Assembly: GCA_964452145.1 (NCBI GenBank)
Contig: CAYVLA010000038.1
Location: forward strand, 1 to 27,643
DNA length: 27,643 nt
Origin: Candidatus Hadarchaeota archaeon
Lineage (GTDB): Archaea > CAYQAE01 > CAYVLA01
Reading direction: 5' to 3'
The notes beneath the pieces were generated by a model. That model did no database searches, was not told the origin of the DNA, and saw nothing but the letters and a program-made list of their open reading frames with translations. The stretch's first letter is position 1, and each line of letters begins with the position of its first letter. Position numbers and translations under genes: made by a program. Below are positions 1-13,000 of this stretch, piece after piece.

Positions 1-356
1 ACAAGAGAAACGGCTCTCAGCCCCCCACAACAACCGATCAATCTGCACCACCAGATATGTGTCTAATGCCAACCATTCTTCACGAATCCAGACCAGCCGG
101 GGCATTCAACCGGGGCTGAGGTGCTCTCTTATCTTCCTTGCCCCAATCAAAGCCTTCCACATCCCTCTATCCGCATCGATCGAGAAGCGTTTTATGCGCG
201 CTGCGAGGCCTCTCCGTCCCTCTCCGCACCTGGTCGCTCGGCCAGACGTGGGGAGTCTGTTCGCTGGATGAACCGTATGCGCGGCCCCCCGGGCGCGGAC
301 TCCATGAGGAGACCGACGAACCTGGCGAGCTCGGCCGTTATCTGAGCTGTTATTAT

Positions 357-785
357 CTAGACTATAACCGCGTTGTCGATGCCGTGGTGGCGTTTCAGCA
401 GGGACTTCACTTTCTGAATGGTCACCCCATCCTTCCCGATCGCTATCCCCTTGTCGTGGGGATGGACGTTTACGTAGGCCGTCTTCCTCCCGGAGCCCTC
501 CACGATCCTAACACCCTGCACCCTGGCTGGCGAGACCATCTTGGTGATGAACTCCTTGGGATCATCGTCGAACTCTATGACCTCGATGTCCCGTCCCATC
601 ATGCTGCTCGCCTTCTTCACGTTGAAACCCCCCCGGCCTATGGCCAGGCTTATGTCGCCCTTCTTGACCACGAACACGGCCCGGTTGCCCTTCTCGGGCA
701 GGAGGCAGTCCAGAACCATGGCTCCCGTTACCGACTCGAACATGGCGATGTACTGTATCTGGTCCGAACCCAGCTTGACTACCAT
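357..785 (-). CDS. nusA: Archaeal NusA-like transcription factor (two KH domains)
   Basis: 142 aa. KH GxxG loops AIGRGGFNVKK and AIGKDGVTIQK; IEVIEF motif; canonical position after rpl30e (TAGATG junction). Confidence 0.96.
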   Translation of the reverse strand: MVVKLGSDQIQYIAMFESVTGAMVLDCLLPEKGNRAVFVVKKGDISLAIGRGGFNVKKASSMMGRDIEVIEFDDDPKEFITKMVSPARVQGVRIVEGSGRKTAYVNVHPHDKGIAIGKDGVTIQKVKSLLKRHHGIDNAVIV

Positions 786-1091
786 CTATCCACCCTTGGC
801 CAGCGAGAGAATGCTGGACTCGCCCGGATCGATTACGGCCAGGGAGGCCACCTGAAAAGGTTTCCGGCATATCCTTCCCAGGTCCGCGCTGTTTCCCTGG
901 AAGCGGAAGACGGTGACCCCCGACATCGAGGAGTAGTGCTCAAGGTCGGACAGCCGATCCGCAGGGCACTTGTTCGATACTATCACAAGTCTCGCCCTTC
1001 CCGTCATGGCTGCCTTCAGCGTTGAGTCCAAGCCCATCTCGACCCTCCCCGTCTCCATGGCCTGTCGGATGGCCTTCTCCATTTCGACCAT
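786..1091 (-). CDS. rpl30e: 50S ribosomal protein L30e
   Basis: AMETGRVEMG, LVIVSNKCP, LGRICRKPF and IDPGESSI match the L30e family; lies between rpoA'' and nusA. ATG at 1091 preferred for its spacing from GGAG; TTG at 1100 is an alternative. Confidence 0.95.
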   Translation of the reverse strand: MVEMEKAIRQAMETGRVEMGLDSTLKAAMTGRARLVIVSNKCPADRLSDLEHYSSMSGVTVFRFQGNSADLGRICRKPFQVASLAVIDPGESSILSLAKGG

Positions 1092-1096
1092 AATGA

Positions 1097-4875
<3,779 letters not shown>

Positions 4876-4883
4876 TCCATCAC

Positions 4884-7800
4884 CTAGGCCTTGTCCTTCA
4901 GACCGAACCTTGGGTGGATGCCCAAGGATTTCAGTTCATCTACGAGGAGCTTGAAGGCGTACGAGATCTCGACCTCTTCCAGAACGGTCGCGTCGCCGCA
5001 AAGGGGGCAGTACTGGGTGTCGGTGATCCTGTCGTAGACGCCGATGCTGCCGCAGGTCGTGCAGACCAGGACCACGCACTTATCGCTCTCATCGAGCAGC
5101 CTTTCCTTCAGCAAGAGGGCGGCCCCGTGGCCGACGAGGCAGTCCCTCTCCATCTCGCCGAACCTCAAACCTCCCTCCCTGGCTCGTCCCTCGGTGGGCT
5201 GCCTGGTGAGCATCTGAATCGGGCCCCGCGACCGCGCGTGGATCTTGTCCGCAACCATGTGGTGAAGCTTCCAGTAATAGGTCACGCCCACGAACATATC
5301 CATGAGCATCCGCTCCCCGGCGATCCCGTCGTAGAGGACCTCCTTGCCAGCGTGGTCGAAGCATCTCTGCTCAAGCGCGGAGCGAATCTCATCCTCGGTG
5401 ATGCCGTAGAACGGGGTCGTGTCCACCGGCTCGCCCAGAAGCGCCCCCACCTTCCCGGCCAAGGTCTCCAGTATCTGGCCCACGGTCTTCCTCCCGGGCA
5501 CGGCGTGGGGGTTGATGATCAGGTCGGGGACGACACCGTCCTCCGTGAAAGGCATGTCCTCCTGGGGAACGATCAGCCCGATGACGCCCTTCTGTCCGTG
5601 TCTGGAGGCAAACTTGTCGCCTATCTCGGGGCATCTCAGGTCCCTCACCTTCACCTTGCACAGCTTGTTGCCCTCCGAGGTCTCCGACAGCATCACAACA
5701 TCCGCGATGCCCTCCTCCCTGTGCCTGACGTATACGGAGGTCTCACGTCTCCTCTCAACCCTGGTGCCGAAGCGGTCCATCTCTTCGAGGAACCTGGGGG
5801 GGCTGGTCCGGCCTATCAGAACATCCCCGCTCTCGGCCTCCGACTCCGGCCATATGATCCCGTCCCCGTCCAGGAATCGGTACTTCTCGTCCCCCCTGAA
5901 TCCTCGGGCCTCCTCCTCGGGTAGCTCGAAGATGTCCACCTGGCCGCCCGGGTATCTCTTCTCCTCGGCGTCGTATGACCTGAAGAAGGTCGACCTGGCC
6001 AGGCCCCGCTCTATTGACGACTTGTTGATGATCAGCGCGTCCTCGATGTTGAAGCCGTAGAAGCAGCCCACGGCAACGATGAAGTTCTGTCCCGAGGCCC
6101 TCTTGTTCAGGCCCACGGCGTCCATCACGCCCGTTTCGGCGATGGGGCGTTCGGGGTAGTGGAGGAGGTGGCCCCGGGTGTCCATCCTCAGCTGGTAGTT
6201 GGAGGCGTAGAACCCCAGCGCCTGCTTGGCCATGCCCGCGCCGTAGGTGTTCCTCGGAGAGGCGTTGTGTTCCGGATATGGGATCAGGGATGCACAGATG
6301 CCCAAGGTGGCTGAGGGATCTATCTCCAGGTGGGTATGCGCCGGGGTCAGCTGGCTCTCATCGACCGCGATCAGGGCGTTCTCCTCCTCCTCGGCGTCGA
6401 GGTATTCCACGACGCCCTCCGCCACCAGGTCGCTCCACTTCATCTCGCCGCTCTGCACCATCTGGATCTGGGCATCGGTCAGAAGAGGCACCCCATTTTC
6501 GACCACTATCACCGGTCTCCGAACCCGCCCCGCATCGCAGTAGACCAAAACCTCGTTGGTCGCCTTCACAAGCCTCACGTTGACCTCTTCCGAGACCATC
6601 CCCTTCCTCCTCAGGGTACGGATTTTCTCCGTCAGGCTCGACCCGTCGTCCACCACACCCATCAGCCTTCCGTTCAGGTAGACCGCGGCTCCCTCCTCCT
6701 TCTTGCCCGGCACGAGCTTCCTCACGCCAAGGTCGTAGAGGGTGTTCTCGACGATCTCGGCATCCGCGTTGGTCGAGATGATCGCCATCAGGGAAAGGTT
6801 CTTGACGAGCCCGCAGTTGGGTCCCTCGGGCGTCTCGCTGGGACAGAGCCGTCCGTAGTGGGTCGCGTGCAGGTCCCGGGCCTCGAAGTGTGACTGTGAA
6901 CGGCTCAGGGTCGAGATGACCCGCCTGAGGTGGGACAGCGCGGTGATGAAGTTCTCCCTTGCCAGAAGCTGGCTGACACCCGTCCTTCCCCCGGGCCAGT
7001 TCCCGGTCGCAAGGGCGTGTTTCATCTTCTCCGACAGCTGATCGGCCCTGACCGCTATCCCTATCTTCAGCCTCTTGCCCCGGCTGATGCTTCTCTCAAG
7101 CTGGTACTTTATGTCCTTGCCAAGGGCCGTGAAGGATACCCTGAACAGGTTCTTGAGAAGGTCCCCGGCGAGGCCCAGCCTCTTGTTGCCGTAGTGGTCC
7201 TTGTCGTCCTCTTCCCTCCTGCCCAGCCATAGCTCTATGGTTCTCTCAGCCATCCTTCCCAGGTAGTACGCCTTCTTCATCCTGTCGGAGGGCTCATTTC
7301 CCAGGTGGGGTAGAAGGGATCGGTCCATGACCTGCTCGGCCCTCTCGACCCGGCGCTCCAGCATCTGGCCCGCCGCCACCCTCCTGCCCACGAAGTCCAG
7401 GGCGTCCTGTTGGGTTGCGATCTCCCTGGCGTCCTCGAGGTTGGGGTATAGGTCGTTCAGTATCTCCGCGTCCTTCGACACCGCATCGGCTATGTCCTTG
7501 TCCATCTCCATGCCGAGAGCCCGCATCAGCACGACCAGCGGTATGTAGCCCGGAACCCTCGGGAAGGAGACCCTGAGGGCCCCGTCCCGCTTCCTCTCCA
7601 CCATGATCTTTGCCCGGTACCCATGCCTAGTGGAGAAAAGCCGGGTGCGCTGGGAGAGAGTTCTTTCATCCTTCTCGGTGATCATACGGTCCTCGGCCAG
7701 CTCCTCTATTGAGACTATGACCCTCTCGGTCCCGTTGATGACGAAGTATCCCCCGGGGTCCATGGGGTCCTCCCCAACCGACATGAGCTCCTCATCCGAC

Positions 7801-8183
7801 ATGCCGTGCAGCGCGCAGAGGTCGGATTTCAGCATGACCGGGAGCTCGCCCACATAGACCTCCTCGCTCTCCACCTCCAGGTCCCCGTTCATCAGAGACA
7901 TGTGGAGATAGATTGGAGCCGAATACGTCAGGTTCCTCAGACGGGCCTCCATCGGCATGATGGCCCTCCTGGCTCCGTCGGCCTCCTTCACCGAGGGCGC
8001 CCTTATGGTGATCCGCCCAAGCTTGACGCAATAGTCCTCCACGTCCAGGCTGATCTCGCTGATCTCGTCGATGACCTCCTGGATGCCGGAGCTGACGAAG
8101 TAGTTGTAAGAATCCAGGTGCTGTCTTACCAGACCCTTCTCCTCGAAAAAGGCCTTCATCAATGACCATCTGGGACCTACCAT
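4884..8183 (-). CDS. rpoB: DNA-directed RNA polymerase subunit B (Rpo2), unsplit
   Basis: 1099 aa. [48 protein letters not shown] and a C-terminal CxxC...CxxC zinc ribbon; GGAGG RBS at 8191-8195. Confidence 0.99.
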   Translation of the reverse strand: MVGPRWSLMKAFFEEKGLVRQHLDSYNYFVSSGIQEVIDEISEISLDVEDYCVKLGRITIRAPSVKEADGARRAIMPMEARLRNLTYSAPIYLHMSLMNGDLEVESEEVYVGELPVMLKSDLCALHGMSDEELMSVGEDPMDPGGYFVINGTERVIVSIEELAEDRMITEKDERTLSQRTRLFSTRHGYRAKIMVERKRDGALRVSFPRVPGYIPLVVLMRALGMEMDKDIADAVSKDAEILNDLYPNLEDAREIATQQDALDFVGRRVAAGQMLERRVERAEQVMDRSLLPHLGNEPSDRMKKAYYLGRMAERTIELWLGRREEDDKDHYGNKRLGLAGDLLKNLFRVSFTALGKDIKYQLERSISRGKRLKIGIAVRADQLSEKMKHALATGNWPGGRTGVSQLLARENFITALSHLRRVISTLSRSQSHFEARDLHATHYGRLCPSETPEGPNCGLVKNLSLMAIISTNADAEIVENTLYDLGVRKLVPGKKEEGAAVYLNGRLMGVVDDGSSLTEKIRTLRRKGMVSEEVNVRLVKATNEVLVYCDAGRVRRPVIVVENGVPLLTDAQIQMVQSGEMKWSDLVAEGVVEYLDAEEEENALIAVDESQLTPAHTHLEIDPSATLGICASLIPYPEHNASPRNTYGAGMAKQALGFYASNYQLRMDTRGHLLHYPERPIAETGVMDAVGLNKRASGQNFIVAVGCFYGFNIEDALIINKSSIERGLARSTFFRSYDAEEKRYPGGQVDIFELPEEEARGFRGDEKYRFLDGDGIIWPESEAESGDVLIGRTSPPRFLEEMDRFGTRVERRRETSVYVRHREEGIADVVMLSETSEGNKLCKVKVRDLRCPEIGDKFASRHGQKGVIGLIVPQEDMPFTEDGVVPDLIINPHAVPGRKTVGQILETLAGKVGALLGEPVDTTPFYGITEDEIRSALEQRCFDHAGKEVLYDGIAGERMLMDMFVGVTYYWKLHHMVADKIHARSRGPIQMLTRQPTEGRAREGGLRFGEMERDCLVGHGAALLLKERLLDESDKCVVLVCTTCGSIGVYDRITDTQYCPLCGDATVLEEVEISYAFKLLVDELKSLGIHPRFGLKDKA

Positions 8184-8203
8184 GCAAGAACCTCCTAACC
8201 AAG

Positions 8204-8277
8204 CGGGCCCGCGGGGAATTGAACCCCGGACACCTGGCTTAAAAGGCCAGTGCTCTGCCAGACTGAGCTACGGGCCC
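8204..8277 (-). tRNA. tRNA-Lys (anticodon UUU), intron-less, CCA not encoded
   Basis: Reverse complement folds as GGGCCCG-TA-GCTC[AGTCTGGCA]GAGC-A-CTGGC[CT TTT AA]GCCAG-GTGTC-CGGGG[TTCAATT]CCCCG-CGGGCCC-G; 74 nt. Confidence 0.97.
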
Positions 8278-8396
8278 GTTGGCCGGGCCCGAGGGAGTCA
8301 AGACTCGCCAGAGTAAACTCACAAGTAAAGATTCGGAAGGGCCCAGGCAAGCAGCGTTCCCTCGGAGGAGACCAGAGCCCGGTTTCCTGCAAGCTC

Positions 8397-8404
8397 TTTA
8401 TAAA
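8397..8404 (-). promoter_or_regulatory. Putative archaeal TATA box for the tRNA-Lys/rpo transcript
   Basis: TTTATAAA in an AT-rich island within GC-rich DNA, about 120 nt upstream of the tRNA. A second TATA-like TTATATAG lies at 8444-8437. Confidence 0.6.
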
Positions 8405-8448
8405 TATTACTCCTTGCTATGTAGAAGAGCGCTTTTCTATATAAGCCT

Positions 8449-9495
8449 CTATCCAAGCATGCGAACCCTGCCCCGCCAGCACACGAAGTCCTCCTCCCAA
8501 CGAATCCCGTACTTGCCCCTGTAGTATAAACCCGGCTCGATGGTGAACACCATCCCATCCCTGAGCACGTCATCGCTGGCGGGGGAAAGCGTCGGCGCCT
8601 CGTGGACGCACAGGCCCAGGCCGTGGCCGAGGGGGTGAATGAAGCGGCTCTTCCGGGCCGAAAAGCTCCGCCTCGCCCTTGCGTCAACCTCTTTCAGAGG
8701 CACGCCCGGCTGCATGCCGTCGCGCGCTTCCTCAAGGGCCCATCTGACGCAGTCCAAGCACTTCCGAGCCGGCCCGGGACGGGTGAGGATCGTCCTGGTG
8801 ATGTCGCTGCAGTACCCGCCGAGCTTGGCCCCCATATCTATGAGCACCACGGAATCGGATCCCAGCGGCTTGGCTCTGGGGGTGGAGTGGGGCATGGAGG
8901 AGGCCTTCCCGAATGCCACGATCGGGTCGAATGCACACAGGCCTCCCCTGCTCATTATGGCCGAGTATATCCTGGCAGCCAGGTCCAGCTCGGTGCAACG
9001 CCGGTCAAGCGCCGAAACCACCTCAACGCAGGCCTCCTCCGAGATTGCCCGGGCTCTCTCGATCATCTCGATCTCCTCGCGGGACTTCGTGGTCCGCATC
9101 TGCTCGATCAGACCCGAGGTCTTAAGAGACAGGGAGGAGAGATCCGAATGCATCTTCGAGCTCATGCTGTCGAAGCACAGGGACTTGATCCCCAGCTCGC
9201 CGATCACCTTCAGAAGAGCATCCGCGGCGGATAGGAAGATGCACCTCTCCCCTCTTGCCAGCGAGGTCCGGCCTTTCTGAAACTCCCTGACATCCGAAAC
9301 CCAGCTCTCCGCGGCGGCTCTCTCCGCCTCCATTCTGGGGACCAGAAGGACCGGGTCCCGGTCCGGAAGAACGATCATCGCTGAAGCAGCTTCGGTGCCT
9401 GAGAGGTAGAGGATGTTCTCCCTCTGGCAGATCAGGAAAGGCCCGCTCCCGGCCACCTTGCGCGTCCTGCGTCTGAACAGGCTTTCGCCCGGCAT
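8449..9495 (-). CDS. Xaa-Pro aminopeptidase/prolidase (peptidase M24B)
   Basis: Metal ligands IDMG, CSDITRT, HPLGHGLG, TIEPG and IRWEED; N-terminal creatinase-like domain (ENILYLSG). ATG at 9495 chosen because the longer ORF overlaps the divergent gene. Confidence 0.92.
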   Translation of the reverse strand: MPGESLFRRRTRKVAGSGPFLICQRENILYLSGTEAASAMIVLPDRDPVLLVPRMEAERAAAESWVSDVREFQKGRTSLARGERCIFLSAADALLKVIGELGIKSLCFDSMSSKMHSDLSSLSLKTSGLIEQMRTTKSREEIEMIERARAISEEACVEVVSALDRRCTELDLAARIYSAIMSRGGLCAFDPIVAFGKASSMPHSTPRAKPLGSDSVVLIDMGAKLGGYCSDITRTILTRPGPARKCLDCVRWALEEARDGMQPGVPLKEVDARARRSFSARKSRFIHPLGHGLGLCVHEAPTLSPASDDVLRDGMVFTIEPGLYYRGKYGIRWEEDFVCWRGRVRMLG

Positions 9496-9626
9496 GCCGC
9501 CCCCCTGGCAACAAGTCCATAATATGTGTTGCGCCGGCCGCCCAGGCCCGCCCGCTCCAAGCCCCAGCGAGCATCTCGCTCGGTATCTGGAAAACCTATT
9601 TCTCGACGCCGGGGACAGAGCATTCC

Positions 9627-9893
9627 ATGATGCTGCGCGAGTTCCTCTCCAAGCTGAGATGGGACCAACGAGAGGACTTCGCCGGCTGCACCTTTCGCCA
9701 TCTGGACAGAACCAGGGGTACGGGTGGACGAACCATCGCAAGGCTGCAGTCCTTCAAGGGAAGCGACGTCCTGGAAATCGGGAGAGGCTACCTCGTGGTG
9801 TCAAGGGGAGGGGATGTGGCCCACATACCCTTCCACAGAGTCACCCAGGTTCTGGGAGCAGACGGGAGTTTGAGGTGGTCCCGTGGCCGCTGA
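9627..9893 (+). CDS. DUF504 / MJ1316-type (RNA repair-associated) small protein
   Basis: N-terminal LREFLSKLRWD and C-terminal HIPFHRV...G...W are characteristic of this archaeal family; 88 aa. Confidence 0.8.
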   Translation: MMLREFLSKLRWDQREDFAGCTFRHLDRTRGTGGRTIARLQSFKGSDVLEIGRGYLVVSRGGDVAHIPFHRVTQVLGADGSLRWSRGR

Positions 9894-10914
9894 CAAGAGA
9901 TTAACGTTCCGCTTCAATCCCATTGACCCTGATGAATTGCTGCAGAGGTCCTTTCTGTTGGCCTCCGAAGCAGCCGACAAGGAGGACGTTGGCCGTCTGA
10001 AACCCGTAATGAAGGCCAGGATCAAGGAGAAGGTTCGCCTTAGGGCAGCCGCCAAACATATCTCGGGATCACTATCGAGGTTGGAGAGGTCCATCCCCCG
10101 CACGTCCCAACTCAACCCCTTCTACCGGGAGCTCCTCGACATACTCGGAGGGAGCGAACTTGAGGACACTCGTTTGAGGATCGGCCGGGCAGCCAGAAAC
10201 GTGGGGGCCCTATCCGCCGGGGCCCTTCGAAGGTTGAATCGATCCGGAAATCCAACGGCGATGCACGAGATCAGGAAGGGTGCCTACGGCAGGATCTCAT
10301 CCGTGGCCCGGGCACTTGGCCCCGAGATGAAGTATCTCGCCGAGCTCAACCACAGGCTTAGAGAGATGCCGGTGATCGACTTCGACCTGCCCACCGTCGT
10401 CATAGCAGGATGCCCCAACGTGGGTAAGACCACGCTTCTTAAATGTCTGACGGGCTCGTCGCCCGAGATCCGACCCTTCCCGTTCACGACGAAGAGCCTC
10501 CAGCTCGGGTATTACCAGGCAGGGTGGACCCGCATTCAGGTCATAGATACCCCCGGCCTACTGGACAGGCCATTGGAGCGGAGGAGTCCCACAGAGCTGA
10601 AGGCCGTAGGGGCCTTGGGCCACCTAGCCGATGCCATCGTGTTCATCATCGATCCGACCACGAGCAGCGGCTTCGAGCTTCATGACCAGATCTCCCTCGC
10701 CAGGCAGATCGTCCAGACGTTTCCCAAGCCCATGCTGATCGCGGTGAACAAGGTCGATATCGCCAGCAGGGATCAGATCGATGCAGCCAAGTCGAGCTTT
10801 CCGGGGGATCTTAGGGTCTTTGAGGTCTGCGGCACGGACCATCGAGGCGTTGAGGATCTTCGCAGCGCCATCTCGTCATATTTAATAGAACACCGAGGCC
10901 ATTCTCAGGGCTGA
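9883..10914 (+). CDS. NOG1-family (OBG superfamily) GTPase
   Basis: Helical N-domain (LNPFYRELLDI, GAYGRISS); G1 GCPNVGKT, G2 PFTTK, G3 DTPGLLDRP, G4 NKVD. Confidence 0.93.
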   Translation: MAADKRLTFRFNPIDPDELLQRSFLLASEAADKEDVGRLKPVMKARIKEKVRLRAAAKHISGSLSRLERSIPRTSQLNPFYRELLDILGGSELEDTRLRIGRAARNVGALSAGALRRLNRSGNPTAMHEIRKGAYGRISSVARALGPEMKYLAELNHRLREMPVIDFDLPTVVIAGCPNVGKTTLLKCLTGSSPEIRPFPFTTKSLQLGYYQAGWTRIQVIDTPGLLDRPLERRSPTELKAVGALGHLADAIVFIIDPTTSSGFELHDQISLARQIVQTFPKPMLIAVNKVDIASRDQIDAAKSSFPGDLRVFEVCGTDHRGVEDLRSAISSYLIEHRGHSQG

Positions 10915-10919
10915 ATCGA

Positions 10920-11789
10920 TTGGGCAGGGGCGATTACTTGAAGATAGAAGAGATGGTCACCGAGATCCAGGAGAAATTCCACGTAGTGGGTCGGCGGGAG
11001 GAGCTCAAACGGGCTCTGGCGGCAAGGCTTGCCAAGAAACACCTCATGATAGAGGGCAACATCGGCACGGGCAAGACCATAATGGCCAAGAGCATCGCGG
11101 GGTATCTCGACCAGGAGTTTCTAAGGGTCGACGGCGACGAGCGATTCACCGAGAACAAGTTGGTCGGATACTTCGATCCACCCATGGTCATGAAGCAGGG
11201 CTACAACTGGGACTCCTTTCTGGAGGGACCTCTCGTGCGTGCCATGAAGTCGGGTGGGATACTCCTCATCAACGAGATCAACCGCCTGCTGGAGACAACC
11301 CAGAACGTCTTGCTCACGGCGATGGACGAGCGCCAGATAATAATACCCAAGCTCGGCCCCCTCCAGGCCTCGGAGAACTTCATGATCATCGCGACCCAGA
11401 ACCCCTCGGAATACGTCGGGACGACCGCGCTCAGCGAGGCTCTCAGGGACAGGTTCGTCTGGATCTGGCTTGACTACCAGAGCGAGGAGGAGGAGAAGCG
11501 CATAACGGCGATCTGGTCCGACAACTCCAAGCCCGATCAGATAGAGACCTCCGTCAAGATCGCCAGAAAGACAAGGGAACACTCAGACGTCAGGAGGGGG
11601 TCATCCGTCAGAGGCGCCATCGACATAGCCAACATCATCGCCAGCTTCCCGGCCACAGAGGCGAACTGGATCATGGCCTCCGTTATGTGCTTGGCAACCA
11701 AGATCGAACTCATCGATGGCTGCGGCAGAAGCCCTGAAGAGGTCATAGCGGACTGCGTCCGACAGGTCCTCTCCCCGGATTTCCGTTGA
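10920..11789 (+). CDS. MoxR-type (AAA_5, dynein-related) AAA+ ATPase
   Basis: Walker A GNIGTGKT, Walker B variant LLINEINR, sensor-1 IATQNP, arginine finger ALRDRF, sensor-2 SSVRG. TTG start 5 nt after the GTPase stop. Confidence 0.93.
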   Translation: MGRGDYLKIEEMVTEIQEKFHVVGRREELKRALAARLAKKHLMIEGNIGTGKTIMAKSIAGYLDQEFLRVDGDERFTENKLVGYFDPPMVMKQGYNWDSFLEGPLVRAMKSGGILLINEINRLLETTQNVLLTAMDERQIIIPKLGPLQASENFMIIATQNPSEYVGTTALSEALRDRFVWIWLDYQSEEEEKRITAIWSDNSKPDQIETSVKIARKTREHSDVRRGSSVRGAIDIANIIASFPATEANWIMASVMCLATKIELIDGCGRSPEEVIADCVRQVLSPDFR

Positions 11790-12841
11790 TCGAGGGGGAG
11801 CCGGCCCCCGATGACACCTCGGTGAGATTCGGACGAATGGACCGTGACCAGATCCTTCACAACGAGATCATGTACGCCAGAAACCCCCAGGAGGTCTACA
11901 ATAAGACCAAGGGCCTGGACAAGGAGAAGATCTCGGAGCTGGCCGAGCTGGCCGTTGACATCAGGAGCGTGCCCGCCCTGCTGGGTCTGGCCAAGAGGAA
12001 TCGATCGGCGGTTGCCGATGTCCTCGAACGCAACGAAAACGCCAGCGACCTCCTGATAGAGGAGGGGGAGAAGGAAAACTGGCAGCTGCTCGATCTCTAC
12101 TACACAACCAAGGACAGATTGCCCGATGCAACCAAACGCTTCTTCCTCTCGATCGCCTGCAAGATCATCCTTCGTTCTGCACTGCGCATCGCGGGGCGGG
12201 GGATAAGGAAGGACCTGGTGAGGATAGCCCAGTACTCTCCCGGGATGGAGGAATTCGACCTCGACCAGACCTTGGAGAACCTGATGGAGTACGGTGTTCT
12301 GGGAATGGGGGAGATAGTGGGGCTGGAGAGGCTGGAGAGGAAGAAGGCGGGAATGCTGATTCTGGACACGAGCGGATCCATGTACAGGGAGAAGCTCGCC
12401 GTCGCTGCGGTGACGATCGCGGTTCTCGCCTACAGCATGAAGTATGACGACTATGCCGTCGTCCTGTTCGAGAGCCAGCCCAAGATCCTGAAGCCTTTCA
12501 GGCAGGAGATGCCGATCCAAGACATGGTGGAGACGATCTTCAGCCTCAAGCCGTCCGGCTACACCAACATCGAGGCAGCCCTCCGCAAGGCCAACGAAGA
12601 GATGTCCAAGCTCAGACGCAAGGACAAGTGGGCGATCCTGGTCACCGATGGGGACTACAACCAGGGTGAGGATCCGAGGCCCCTGGCGCGCGCCTATCGA
12701 AGGTTGAACGTGATACGCATAGGCAGGATAAAGAGGGGCGAGACAACCTGCCGCGACCTCGCCAGGCTGGGCCACGGGAAGTACGAGAGCGTTTCCGACT
12801 ACAGGAACCTGCCGCTTGCCCTCCTGAGGATCATGAGATGA
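11786..12841 (+). CDS. von Willebrand factor A (MIDAS) domain protein, partner of the MoxR ATPase
   Basis: MIDAS DxSxS (ILDTSGSM), GYTNI and LVTDG; FDLDQTLE pre-VWA motif; overlaps the ATPase stop (TTGA). ATG at 11837 is an alternative start. Confidence 0.92.
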   Translation: MIEGEPAPDDTSVRFGRMDRDQILHNEIMYARNPQEVYNKTKGLDKEKISELAELAVDIRSVPALLGLAKRNRSAVADVLERNENASDLLIEEGEKENWQLLDLYYTTKDRLPDATKRFFLSIACKIILRSALRIAGRGIRKDLVRIAQYSPGMEEFDLDQTLENLMEYGVLGMGEIVGLERLERKKAGMLILDTSGSMYREKLAVAAVTIAVLAYSMKYDDYAVVLFESQPKILKPFRQEMPIQDMVETIFSLKPSGYTNIEAALRKANEEMSKLRRKDKWAILVTDGDYNQGEDPRPLARAYRRLNVIRIGRIKRGETTCRDLARLGHGKYESVSDYRNLPLALLRIMR

Positions 12842-13000
12842 GATAGGCCATGAGCGGGGGGCTTGTTGAGTGTGAAGCGAAGAAACATCTCGGCATCTGA
12901 ACCAAAGAGAACCATGTGCCTCCGCCGATCCTGGCAGCCCAGAAACCTCATTTGTGCATTCTATTTATGGCCCGAATGACTCCGGATGAGCGGTGGCACG

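Noticed and set aside
249..304. tRNA-like fragment (GGAGTC/GACTCC stem, GGTTCATCC and CCA on the minus strand)
   Set aside because: No anticodon arm and no correctly placed T arm; not callable as a tRNA.
192..356. In-frame open stretch of about 54 codons after the nusA TAG (possible amber readthrough or pyrrolysine)
   Set aside because: Such lengths are common by chance at this GC content, NusA is already complete, and TAG is the main stop codon in this window.
8195..8392. 65-aa minus-strand ORF at the position expected for rpoH
   Set aside because: No Rpo5 motifs (HxLVPxH, DPxxxxxGxxxG, YRxV), and it runs through the tRNA.
11537..12775. 412-aa minus-strand ORF
   Set aside because: Antisense shadow of the MoxR and VWA genes.
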